From contig NC_043001.1 of NCBI RefSeq assembly GCF_006345805.1, positions 55,552,001-55,616,000 of the forward strand: a stretch of DNA of 64,000 nt, written 5' to 3'. The stretch comes from Octopus sinensis (Eukaryota). This document shows, one piece after another, positions 27,327 to 39,659 of this stretch (the stretch's first letter is position 1; every line of letters begins with the position of its first letter). The translations under genes were made by a program, and so were the position numbers. The notes beneath the pieces are model-generated. The model searched no databases and was not told the origin of the DNA. It saw only the letters and a program-made list of their open reading frames with translations.

Positions 27327-28012
27327 CCTATTGAAAAGCAGCAAAAATATCACAAAAACTGTTACTCGGAGTTTCACGTTCCTGTTTGTCACACAGTTTT
27401 TGTTTTGTTTATGTGCTTACTCCGGTGTATATATATACACACACATACATATAAGTATAATCATATATAGACATACATATAATAAACACCACATAGGCCC
27501 AGGAACAGGAGGTGCACAGGAAGCAAGAACACCTCCTAAAATTTTGGGCGAGTGATGAAAATACTTTGAACATCCTACCTTGGATCTGGGTTTGTACCCC
27601 TAAATAAATTTTCTCCCCACACTTATGTATATACACACATATTCATACATGCACATACACACACACATATATACACACATAAATATTTGTCTATCTATCT
27701 GTGTGTGTACACACATATAGTGGAGATAATATTGATGATTGATTATGATAGTGTTGGCCACTAGGATGATGGTTACTGTTGCTGTTGATAGTGATGGCTT
27801 GTGTGCAAGCAGGAAAGCGTCTGTATTCAGTTATAAGATGACAGTGATAACAAAGTAAGTAAACCACAAAATATGACAAAATCATAATGAAATATCTAGA
27901 TTTGCTGCTGCTGATGATGAAGATGGTGATGGTGAGAGAGCTTGGGGACCTGACTGTTAGGGCTAAATGTAAGAGAGGGTGGCTAATGAAGAGACAAAAA
28001 TAATATAAGAAT

Positions 28013-28166
28013 TTCTGTTGTGTCTGGGAAATTTTCTTTTTGTGCCTCATAATGTAACACACTCACTGGTAAAATTTCCACTTATTTCTTATTTAAAAAA
28101 AAAAAAAAAAAGAAAGAAGTGGAAATTTTACCGGTGAGTGTGTTACTCTCCCCAGACACAACAGAA
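28013..28166. repeat. Fold-back inverted repeat around a poly(A) spacer
   Basis: GTAACACACTCACTGGTAAAATTTCCACTT (28054-28083) vs AAGTGGAAATTTTACCGGTGAGTGTGTTAC (ends 28146); outer arms TTCTGTTGTGTCTGGG / CCCAGACACAACAGAA. Confidence 0.8.
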
Positions 28167-29454
28167 TATGCTTCAACACACAAACTCAAATAAAGAATCT
28201 TGCAAACCAAATCCAAAAATGCAATATAAGAAATATTTATTGTTTGTGGTTTAAGTAGCACAATCGACTAGACAATCTACCTTCTGCATTATGAGTTCCA
28301 ATCACTGAACCTCTTTCCCTCCAGCCCAGAGGATAGAAGATATATAGCAGTAAACACTAATTTCCATCCGATGGAGCAGCCTTAACATTTTGTCATATGC
28401 CTACAAAGAAAACTTATTAAGTAGAGTGTCACCATGATCTCAACTTTGAGTGCCTTTAGCAGTTTACAGAGCTGCAAACATTTAGCCTAAGTTGCCAGAC
28501 TGATCAAAAATACATGTTTTGAAGAACTGTTTCATCCCACACCTTCCTCGCCATAGTGTTGTTGTTTATTAATGATTACATTTGTGTGTATATGTGTGTT
28601 TTATATACATGTAGAATATTCTGCTACCACTGGCCTTCCATACTTCTGTTTTCTCTCACCTTGCACATATATAAATACTTGAAAACGATGGTGAGCATTC
28701 AATTTGGCCTTGTTCAGCACTACAGATCTCTTAAATGGGATTTTGTTTGATGAAATCTGCAAATGTAGCAGAGAATAGCCAAAACTGCAAATATACATCC
28801 TGATTGGCCAAAATCTTCTCCAAATACAAATTGATGCCAAAATCAACAAACAAAGTTTGACAGTTTTTTGATTGGCTACAACTGACTAATCAGCAGCTGC
28901 TCAGCAACTCCTCACCTGAGCCCCTGATGGAGCATTCAAGCAGTAACAACCAAATATTAACAAGGGAAGCATCTGGCATCTGACCTGTACTGGTGAGCCA
29001 ATCTTAACACTGAGACAGATAAACACTCTCTTTCTTTCTCTCTCTGAAGCAACACAAACAACATCAAGATATATACATATCTAATGGCAAGAACATACTT
29101 GTTTATACAAATTGTATATATGCAAGTGCATACACATATGCTGTCATAAGTACATATGACCACAAGAAGATATTTGTTTATACAGTTCGAAAGTTTTCTT
29201 GTTTTATGAATTCAAATTTGCTGAGTAGTTTTTCTTAATAAACTCAACTTTTGCTTTCCATTTCTATAGAATTGGATTTTTCAATATGTGCTTCTATTGT
29301 TCTGCTATGGCCAATTTAATCTCTTAAAAGAATAAAGGCAACTGTTGATCTACATGAGATGTCTTCACCTGCATATTCAAATCTGTTAAACTAGTGATTC
29401 TCAAATACATATATACACACATATTTACATACACACACACACACACACACACAC

Positions 29455-29487
<33 letters not shown>

Positions 29488-29900
29488 ATCATCATCATTA
29501 TCATCATCAGCAGCAATTAATATCATTTTCTATGCCAGCATAGGTTGAATGGCTTGACTAGATCTGGCAAGGCAAGGGGCTACACTTGGTTCCATAATCT
29601 GTTTCTGTCTGATTCCTATGGCTGGATACCCTTCCTAATGCCAACCTGCTTTACAGAGTGTACTGAGTGCCTTTTATGTGGCACCAGCACCAACACCAAT
29701 TTCGTTGTGATGGGCAGGTCTTCTTGACTGCAGCAATGTGCCACATATCTTGGTCCACTGTCACTTCCTTTGTAAGGCTCAGCATTTTGAGATCATCCTT
29801 TAATACTTCATCCCATGTTTTCCTAGGTTTTCCTCTTCCACAACTTCCTTTAATGTTAAGCGCTTGGCATTTCGTTATGCAACTGTCCTCATCCATTCAT
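29488..29900 (-). pseudogene. RTE-clade LINE 3' end (ORF C-terminus plus family E 3' UTR)
   Basis: ORF 29651-29896: MDEDSCITKCQALNIKGSCGRGKPRKTWDEVLKDDLKMLSL (RTE RGRPRKTW motif), followed by GGCATTAGGAAGGGTATCCAGCC and a (GAT)n tail. Confidence 0.85.
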
Positions 29901-29921
29901 AAAAACATACATATTATATAT

Positions 29922-30134
29922 ATCATCATCATCATCACCATCATTGGTTAACATCCACCTTCCATGCTGGCATGGGTTGGATGGTTTGACAGGAGCTGAC
30001 CAAGCAGAAGACTGCACCAGACTTCTGTGTCTGTTTTGGCAAGTTCTTATGGCTGGATGTCCTTCCTAACACCAAGCACCCAGCAGAGTGGACTCCAGCA
30101 GAGTGGACTCCAGCAGAGTGGACTCCAGCAGAGT
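29922..30134 (-). mobile_element. RTE-tail repeat, family E, with 15-bp tandem repeat
   Basis: (CAT)n, CCATGCTGGCATGGGTTGGATGG, GGCTGGATGTCCTTCCTAAC; (CAGCAGAGTGGACTC) x ~3.5 at 30081-30134. Confidence 0.75.
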
Positions 30135-32040
30135 ATACATGCATATATGTGTGTATACACACACAGAGGCAAGTGTACATGGGGTTAGTAGGTTTGGTGA
30201 GAATAGCTTCACAAAGTTCTTCTAAACTGAAGAACAAAGATAACAGAATCAAGTCAATAGAGTTAATTTTTGTTGATTTTCTTACTGTTTAACCCCCATG
30301 TCAAGAAAACTGATGACCACTGGCATTCCTTGTCATGACCAAAAGCATTGCTTGCAATGACCACAACATCTTTTAAAGAGTATCAAGGATGACTGATATT
30401 TTTTCCTTTCATAGCTTAATCAAGGGAAGAAGGATAACAACACACATGGCTACTTTTAATTTGATTACTCTGGAAGAAGGTATCGTGTCCCTTACCCTTC
30501 ACAACCCTGAGACTAGTGAGACCAATATCGTAAATGTACCTCGTGAAGAGATGCAAAATTCTCATAGGTAACACATGTTATGCAAGGGCGGGGGAACTCC
30601 AGTGAGTCTCCAAGACTAGTTAAAAAGGAGGAAGAAGAAACCACAACTCATGGTTTGTTAAAATAGGAAGTACTGCATCAAGATATCAAATTTCTGAAGT
30701 GTACTTTTCTTTTTTTAATGTAGTAAATCTCCAGTAAATTAAAACTTGATGCATTTTTTTTCTTTTTTTTTCTTTTAAGTAATAAGCTGTGATTTGAGTG
30801 AGATTTAGTTACTGTTTTAGCTTGTTAATCAATTAAATAGAATTTACCTTATTAGTTTGTGTAGAGGTTCCAGAGCTGTTTTGTACAGGGTAATATTTCT
30901 CAAGGTGAAGTGCATGTCCCATGCATGGGTGGGGTTTGGTTTACATTAGAATGAGGCTTAAAACAACTTGCAATGAAGTTTATATTAAGACTTCTTCACA
31001 TATATTATAATGTGAAATAATAGCTAAATAAATAGTAAGTACTGATTCTTCATAAGGAAATAGATGGAATCAGAGGCAGCCACTATTAGAAGAAATAATG
31101 GCTAAAATATATTTATGCTAAAAGGAAGATTGTCGAAATTTATGCTATAGTTAAAAACATCACTATAGTCTATGGCAACCAAAACAACAACAAAAAAAAA
31201 ACAGTACAAAAATCCCATTATGATTATCCATTTTTTCAAAAATGTTATTCTTCAGTTTTGTTCAGTTAAAACACAGCGACCAGCTACCCACCATCTCTCT
31301 TCCAACAGATGCACAATGCATCAGGGTTCAACAATGTGCCATGTCTGGGGTATATAATAATACATTTATGTAGCAGTAATATTTGATGCATTAGAGCATA
31401 CATAATGAAAATGGAGCTCTCATGGATGGATGCCCTCAATGGCGCCAACCTTTCTATGAAAATACAAGATGAACAGAAAATATTTTCTGCCTCACTTAAC
31501 CTAATGTCAACAGACAAGCACCAAAATTCCATTTTTTTAACAAGACTTCTTGGTACCCACTGATAAGTAAATGAATAAAATCTGAATTTGTTCTCTTTAA
31601 CAGAGTATTATGGGAAGGGCAGAGACAGGCCTGCTAGCATCAAGTGGAAGGGGTAACTTGGGAATAAAGCTTTCATGCAAATAAGCTAGAGCTGTTTTGA
31701 CATCAGACTTAGAAGATATTCTGACAGAATAATTGCATCCACAAAAACAAGAAAACAAGAAAGAGGAAGCATGCCAAATAAGCTTATCATCGTGACAAAA
31801 AAAAAATGGCAGCCCTGCAAAAGCGATAGAGTTTAGATACCCAAAAGTGTAGACAGTCTATATATAAGCCTGTCTGTTACTGTAAAGTAATAGAGGGACA
31901 GAGACACATACTGATAGCTAGATAGATAGCAAGGATAGATAGACAGACAGATTGACAGACAGAATACATAGATTAACAGACACGGAGAGAGAGATAGCTA
32001 GGCAAATTGGTTGATATTCAAATACACACACACACACACG

Positions 32041-32276
32041 TCGTTGTTATTATGTTAAGCTGTCATATGTCCAAATCTGGCCAAATGCGGTTTGTTAAAT
32101 ATTTATTTTTGCTTGCAGTAGCCAGTTCTTTCGGTCAAACTATCGTATCGCCAGCTGTTTCAGATGCCAAGATATCAAAAATTGTCAAAGTTTTGCTATG
32201 GAATGGTGAAACTATTTCTTCGTTGTCTGAAAAAGCAGCATTTTGGACTTATGACACTTTTGCATAATAGCAACGA
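32041..32276. mobile_element. Unclassified MITE with ~38-bp imperfect TIRs
   Basis: Left TCGTTGTTATTATGTTAAGCTGTCATATGTCCAAA; reverse complement of right end TCGTTGCTATTATGCAAAAGTGTCATAAGTCCAAA. Confidence 0.6.
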
Positions 32277-32546
32277 TATATCTTTATATAAAATACAATT
32301 AAGATTCAGTTGAATTAGGTACTTAAATTGAGGCACCTTGTTAGGTCTGAGTAACATTCATACTCAACAATATTAAGTGAATATCAAACTTGGTGCATAG
32401 GTGCCAGCCACATGATATTCTTGCAGTGTATGAAGATAATAAAACTGACCTGACTGAAGGAATCTGCACTTGGCTTTCCAGACATGTATTGACTGTCTAT
32501 AATATTTATGAAGTGTAGATGCCAGGATAGGCGGATAAAATATCAG

Positions 32547-32650
32547 TGAGTAACAAAGAGATGCAGGTGTCAATTCATTATGGCTATTTCAATGAAAGTA
32601 GTTGTTAGAAACGGTCGTAATGAATTGACACCTGTACCTCTTTATTACTC

Positions 32651-32651
<1 letters not shown>
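32547..32651. repeat. Fold-back inverted repeat adjacent to (TA)/(TG) tract
   Basis: TGAGTAACAAAGAGATGCAGGTGTCAATTCATTA vs TAATGAATTGACACCTGTACCTCTTTATTACTCA. Confidence 0.8.
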
Positions 32652-32695
<44 letters not shown>

Positions 32696-32784
32696 CATAC
32701 ATATATGGACACGTTATTAGATGGAGAGAGAGACAGAAAGAGATAGCTAGAGAAATTGGTTGATATACAAATATTCATATATAT

Positions 32785-32824
<40 letters not shown>

Positions 32825-33614
32825 CAGAAAGACAGACAGGCAGACAGATTAATAGATGAATAGATAGATAAACAGACACAGAGACAGTTAGCTAGACAAA
32901 TTGGCTGATGTTCAATATATATATATATAGAGAGAGAGAGGGAGAGATAGATAGAAATAAAGAGGGGGAGGAGAGAGAGAGACCAATAAACTTTTTCAAA
33001 CATATACCCAGTGATACATATGTGCGTCAGTGTAGACAGACAGACAAGTAGATAGGCATACGAACACATATACATGTAAATATCCGAGTTTAAACTTGTA
33101 TGTGTATATTCATGTGTACTAACATACGAAACAAATGTGAACGCATATGTTTAAATATAGACACACATTTATTTTCAGTTTAGATTACAGAGGATCCAAA
33201 AAGGAGTGAGGCACATCAAAGTGAAGTATGCCACATGTTAGCAAGACACAATGACATGAAACAGTTAATTAACCAATCCATTATCATAGCACAGAATGCA
33301 TCGATAAATGGAAGCTTACTGCTATTAGGTAATCCATAACTCTAATAGTATCCAAAAGTGTTCAACAATGAATGGAACCTTAAGTGTAGCATAAAAGCAT
33401 AATAAAAACAGACAAATGGGTTGCTTACAATTGTCTGGTGTTGTTGCTACAATTGTTTTGTTAAGAGAGTTTATTGTGACATAAAAGTAGTATAAACAGG
33501 TATGCAGTATGCATAAAGTCCATAAGATTATGTCTGTTACATAACTCTTCACTCATCAGGATGCTAAATAAACTAGCAATCAGTGACATGTTAAATAAAC
33601 AACAGATCATCAAT

Positions 33615-33779
33615 ATAGACACACATGTGACTGTGTGGTTAAGAAGCTTGCTTCCTAACTATATGGTCTTGGGTTCAGTCCCACTGTGCAACACCCTGGA
33701 CAAGTGTCTTGGGCTGACCAAAGTTTTGTGAATGGATTTAGTGGACAGAACTTAAAAGAAGCCTCTGCATGCATACGTA

Positions 33780-33824
<45 letters not shown>

Positions 33825-33845
33825 GCGTGCATGCGTGTGTGCAAG
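33615..33845 (+). mobile_element. SINE family A, 5' half
   Basis: GTGACTGTGTGGTTAAGAAGCTTGC..GGGTTCAGTCCCACTG, ending in (TG)n. Confidence 0.75.
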
Positions 33846-34724
33846 TGTAAATGTTCTAGATGGGTCTATTTTGATATATTTAAATGAAAAGAGATTCTCC
33901 ACAAATTCATTCATTTATTAAACTTGTCCTCTCAACCAGGCCACTCACCCAATATCTGCATACATGTTAATGCATAGGCATACACATTTGTGCAGACTTA
34001 TACTCTAACAGACACATGTACAAACACAAAAGACAATTCTATTATATCTGAATAAAGCATAAATCGTTTTGTATGTGTGTGTTTTGTGTGCGTGTTTATT
34101 AAAAACAATATCTTATGCATTGTAAGACTGGTTACATTATTCTCAAAATAGTAAGTGAAACAAGTCTACTGCCCTTAAGGTATAGTTCCTAATATACTTA
34201 ATAAATTCCACTTTCTGAGTGTATTGAGTTCTTTATTGAATTGCAGTTCCTCTAATTATAATTAGAAAATATATCTCATCATCATCATTTTCGCAGATAT
34301 TTCTCTAAGCCGGCAGGAGATGGATGAAAAAGTTTCATGATATTTCAATTAACCATAAGGCTAATTGTTATGAAATAAGAAACATTTCTTTATCAACGAT
34401 GGTATTACCACTCTAATTTACTGAGCATGCGAATCATTCACAAGAAGTAATTTCTATTAATGATCTAATTTTTTTATAATGGAAAGACAATTTCACTTCA
34501 TATGTGATGGCTAAAATAATTTTTGCTTCACTTGATAGCAAAATTTTCTGTGCAGGTGTAATTATATCTCTTTGGCTTGTGCCACTCACTGTTACTTTAA
34601 TTTTCATGATAACTTAATGAATTAAATGATATGCTGATTATAAACAACATACATATACATATTGTGGCAAATATCCTATATTTTTCTATTTTGAGAATCT
34701 TTGAGAACCATTCTTCCAGTTTGT

Positions 34725-35279
34725 TTAACTCTTTAACATTAACATTATTCTATCAAAACTAAAGCTTATTTATTCGCAGAGTTTTGTATTAACCATACAT
34801 TATTTTGTAGCTTGAGATTTTGATGAGGTAACTTTTAATTTTTAGAATATGTTAGGGTTAAAGGTGCATGGCTCAATGGTTAGAGCATTGACTCACAATC
34901 ATGAGGTAGTGAGTTTGGTTCCTGGACTGGGCTGTATGTTGTGTTCTTGAGCAAGACATTTTATTTCATGTTGCTTCAGTTCACTAAGCTGTAGAAATGA
35001 CTTGCAATGTCACTGGTGCCAAGCTGTATTGGCCTTTCCCTTCAATAACATCAGTGGCATGGAGAGGGGAGCTGGTATGCTGGTCTTCCATAAACAAACT
35101 TGCCGAGACTTGTGTCTCAGAGGGGAGCTTTCTAAGTGCAATCCATGGTCATCTATGACTGGAGGGGGCCTTTCTCTTTATGGCAGGGTTGGTGCGAAAG
35201 ACCAGATCTGGTCATTTTGAATATAAAACAGGTACAATATTTTGGCCATATATAGCTGGTTTAAATGCTAAAGGGTTAA
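34725..35279 (+). mobile_element. piggyBac-type MITE interrupted by a SINE
   Basis: TTAA|CTCTTTAACATT ... AATGCTAAAGGG|TTAA; body matches the 13689 copy once 34861-35180 is removed. Confidence 0.75.
34861..35180 (+). mobile_element. tRNA-derived SINE, family D
   Basis: GGTGCATGGCTCAATGGTTAGAGC head, CTTGAGCAAGAC CORE-like block; candidate TSD TGTTAGGGTT (34850-34859) / TGGCAGGGTT (35181-35190). Confidence 0.8.
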
Positions 35280-35552
35280 TTCACAAAGCCATAAAACGAT
35301 AGCACGAAGTAACTGTTTCTATAGCAGCTCAGTGTTTAAATGTCTCACTTGATGAACTCAAAATAACACAGCTTAGGTTCAAGGGCATCTATCCATCATA
35401 AAGCTCCTGGCATATATATTAGCATCCCAACTTATATTTCTCCTGTAGAGCACTCCAAATGTATTTCCCATATCTCTCTAAGACAGTTATTACCTCTACC
35501 TGTTCCAGGTTAGTTTATTAACAACCATTTGTGATGTCAATGACACTGACAT

Positions 35553-36034
35553 ATCATCATCATCATCAACATTTAAGGTCTGTTTTCCATTCAGGTATGA
35601 GCTGGATGGTTTGACAGGAGCTTGCAAGGCCAGAGGCCATACTAGGTCCCCATGCTCTGTTTTGGCCTGGTTTCTACAGCTGGATGCCTTTCCTAACACC
35701 AGCCATTCTACAGAGTGTACTGGGTGTATTTTATATGACACCTTGGTTTTAAGATATCAATTCATATGATATCATATCATATGACTAAATGAATAACTAT
35801 CAATAGCTCAGCAGTAACTAATGAAGTGAATAGTCACTGAAACATCTAGATGTTACAAGAAGAATATAATGGTAAATACTGCATATTTTCTTTATCATCA
35901 TCATTTAACATCCACTTTCCATACAGGCATGGGTTTGATGGCTTGACAGGAGTTGGCTAAGCAGAAAACTACTCCAGGCTACTGTATCTGTTTTGGCAGG
36001 GGCTTTTGCAGCTGGATGCCCTGCCTAACACCAA
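35553..36034 (-). mobile_element. Two family E (RTE-tail) copies
   Basis: About 35553-35742 and 35894-36034, each with (CAT)n, GGATGGTTTGACAGGAG-like block and CAGCTGGATGCC. Confidence 0.7.
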
Positions 36035-37204
36035 GTTATTTAGTTCTATTTGAATCCATTCTTCTGAAATCACTAAAAGAAATTCCCTATACAAGACATA
36101 CTGCAGAACCCCAGGCTGTTACCATTTTATTTCTGAAATGAGAACCTAAAATGTGTACTGATATGAGGAGAGAGGGAGATAAGGTGTGTGCTGGTAGGAT
36201 GGTGATACACAGAGGAGTGTGCATTACGGAGAAAATTAATGAAATGTATGACCACAATACAACACCCACAAGGGTGTTGTATTATTGTAAGAAATGGCAG
36301 TGAAACAAAATCAACAGATTCTGTGTTGCAGCATTTATCCTAGATAATAATCTTTGCAACAAAGATAAAATGAATGTTTTGTGTATGGTGGTATTTTGAG
36401 AGCCTGATAGAGGGCAGCAAGTTCAGCAGTGATTTCTTGTTTAATGTTAATTTATTCATTTCTATATTTCTTTTTGTTTTTGTGAAAATGACAAGCACCA
36501 AATTGGTTTGATAATTTCACAGTGAAATCTGCATACGAAGTTAAATTTATAAAGGAAGTTAAAAATGGGATGGTTGAGTCAATCATTTATGAATCAACAT
36601 ATTATTAAGATGCACTACACCTTTTACAAGGAAGGGCAATAGACTCTATTAAACTGTTAGAAATAGTAATCAAATCTCCCTTCAATCAAACACTACAATA
36701 TTAAAAAAGCAAATAACATTGAATAATGTAGTACTAATTACATCTAAAAGAGATGTGATGGCCACAGCAGGAATGGCTTTGATCAATGGTCTGCTTGATC
36801 AGAGTTGATCTGGAATAAATTAACAACAATTTAAAAAAAACTGATGGTTGTGTATCAGCAAAATTTATATTATTCAGAAAAAGTGCCTGAAAGAGTACAG
36901 TAAAATTACTATGGGGAGAGGGGAGTAGAGTATTCTTCAGGGTTAAGATAGCAGAAGGGAAAAGAAAGATAGAAAACAGGGTTTCGCACCCTCTACGTTT
37001 GAGCAAATGTCTGCAACTGACAGTAATGCAAGACATAAACTTGCCTACATAGACAAGTAGTAGGAGAGCAAAATTAAATGAGAAAGGGAGATGGGTTAAG
37101 CAAAGAAGAAAGGAAGAGAAGCACATGTACAGGAGATGGAGGGGAAAATTAAGATGAGAAAGGAGCTGAGAGAAGAAAAGGGGAACTTATTAAAGATAAA
37201 GTGT

Positions 37205-37534
37205 CAGAGTAGAAAGAACAATGTTCCTTTAAATTCATCAGTAGCATGGTCCCCAATTAGACCACGAAAAATGGTTCCTTCTGTTTTTTTGTGGAAGTAT
37301 GATATGCAGAGACGTTGTGCACTGATAAATGAAAGATGGATTGCCCTGTTGGGTAGAAGTTGATGGCAAAAGGTTGACCCAACATACTTTGTAGTGTGCA
37401 CCAAATTTGCTCATGATAGTGATCAGCAAGGCAATACAGCATTTTCCCCACCAACATAAAATGCACGGTAAAGTTTGTAGATGTTGCAATATATAAAGCT
37501 AGAAGGCATGTAGCAGGAAGTTTAGGTAATGTAG

Positions 37535-37536
<2 letters not shown>
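37205..37536 (-). mobile_element. Possible decayed DNA-transposon (mariner-like) 5' fragment
   Basis: Minus strand starts TA|CTACATTACCTAAACTTCC, a TIR-like end abutting (CA)n; no convincing catalytic motif. Confidence 0.25.
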
Positions 37537-37572
<36 letters not shown>

Positions 37573-38056
37573 CAGACATATTGTAGAATACAAATACATG
37601 TGTAAAACTATACATGTATACACATACATACATACATAAAAATTATATAACTATATATATTTTTATATGCATGATATATATACATAAACACACACACAGA
37701 TATTTAGATATATATATATAGAGAAGAATGTAAGTGCAAAATAGAAGAGAAAAATTTTCTAGGGTTCAGCTTTGTAAAGGGTTAAAAGCAGCTACTAGCT
37801 AAAATAGATCTGAAGTTTTAAAGAGAAAACCAAGAATCTTTCAAATCAATATTATTTATTTATACATAACTTCTTGTGGAAAGTACGAGTATATTCACAA
37901 GTACACATGTACATGTATTTGTACACATGTGTTATATATATATCTTTTACTCACATATATGTGCACACATGCATACACACATATATATATATAATATATA
38001 TATACACACACACACACATATATATACATATATGTTTATATACATATCTATATAAA

Positions 38057-38106
<50 letters not shown>

Positions 38107-38134
38107 TATATTATATTAATTATATATTTTTTAA

Positions 38135-38169
<35 letters not shown>

Positions 38170-38886
38170 CTCACACACATATGTACACGCATGCATGCAC
38201 ACACAGATATATATCTATATCTATCAATCTATAGATAGATAGATTGATAGATATAGACTAAAGGCTGTGCTACAGCATGGCCACAATCAAATGACTGAAA
38301 CAAGTAAAAGAGTAAAAGAGAGTAAAGAGTATATATACTATATATATATATGTACATATATATTTATATAGATACATATACCTATGTATATACACATACA
38401 CTTCTAACCATCTCTCACTCTCCTCCCACAGTCTTATGCAATTACTAACCACCTCCCACCATGAGAGTTTGCTCTGGTATCCTGTCACCACCATCTTTAT
38501 TTTCTTGCCAGCTACTCCCACCTACCTTATGTAATATGTGTTTGCTATATATATTGTCTACAGCAAGACATCTGTGCTTGTCCCTCTATTGTACTTTGGT
38601 CTCACAGCATATGGAATAAAGTCTGCTCCTGATCCCAAATACCCTCCCACACATACACATGCTTAAGGAAGGTGGCTTTTTTCTTTATCTTTTCTCATCC
38701 TGAAAGTTACTTGAAAAATCCCTAGTGGTGGTGGTTGAGAGAAAGAGGGCCTAGTATAAGCTGTAAAATATTAGGCATTAGGAAGAGCATCAAGCCACAG
38801 AAAGCATACCAAGGCTGGCATTGGAGCTACATTACTGCTCTAACCTCTAGAGCATACTTATTTTTTGGATATATGATCCACTGATG

Positions 38887-38934
<48 letters not shown>

Positions 38935-38935
<1 letters not shown>

Positions 38936-39148
38936 TACTGGTGAAGGCCTTTTTATGGGGTTACCCTGAGTTTCCTGTCCATAAAGGGTTTAACTTTATG
39001 GCGTATTGTCAAACCCAAAGAACTGTTGGTCTAAGACCAGAGGAGATCTTAAGCCAACAGGTCTTATGGTCTGATGATATGTTATAAAGTTAAACCCTTT
39101 AAGGATGGGAAACACAGAGTAATCCCATAACCAGGCCTTACCAAGTAA
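38935..39148. repeat. ~100-bp-arm imperfect fold-back repeat next to (TA)n
   Basis: Left TTACTGGTGAAGGCC...CTGTTGGTCTAAGA is the diverged reverse complement of right TCTTAAGCCAACAG...GGCCTTACCAAGTAA. Confidence 0.85.
39068..39124 (+). ncRNA. Decayed type I hammerhead ribozyme
   Basis: GGT-CTGATGA-TATGTTATAAAG..CTTTAAGGATGG-GAAA-CACAGAG-TA-ATC; the opposite arm preserves stem II CCATAAAG/CTTTATGG and stem I GGT/ACC. Confidence 0.5.
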
Positions 39149-39218
39149 AAAACATAGACTGCTCTACTTCTTAGAGTGCACTTCCTCTCTAGATTTATGC
39201 TTTCTAAACGTGACATGC

Positions 39219-39422
39219 CTTTTATTCTTTTATTTGTTTTAATCATTTGACTATGGAGATGCTGGAGCACCGCCTTTAGTCCAACAAATTGACTCCAGGA
39301 CTTATTCTTTGTAAGCCTAGTACTTATTCTAATGGTTTCTTTTGCCAAACTGCTATGTTGCAGGGATGTAAACACACCAGCATCAGTTGTCAAGTGATGG
39401 TGGGGTGACAGGTGCAGAAACA

Positions 39423-39502
<80 letters not shown>

Positions 39503-39659
39503 CATACACGACGGCCTTCTTTCAGTTTCCATCTATCAAATCCACTCACAAGGATTTGGTAGAAGGAAACTGAAGTAGAAGGTGCTATGCAGTGGGACTG
39601 AACCTGGAACCATGTGGTTGGTAAACAAGCTACTTACCACACAGACACTCCTGTGCCTA
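39219..39659 (-). mobile_element. tRNA-derived SINE, family A (internal deletion or rearrangement near 39550-39580)
   Basis: Reverse-complement match to family A, long internal (CA)n. Confidence 0.85.

Noticed and set aside
30465-30550. CTGGAAGAAGGTATC...GTACCT possible hammerhead with long stem II
   Set aside because: Core has an extra base and no GAAA box follows.
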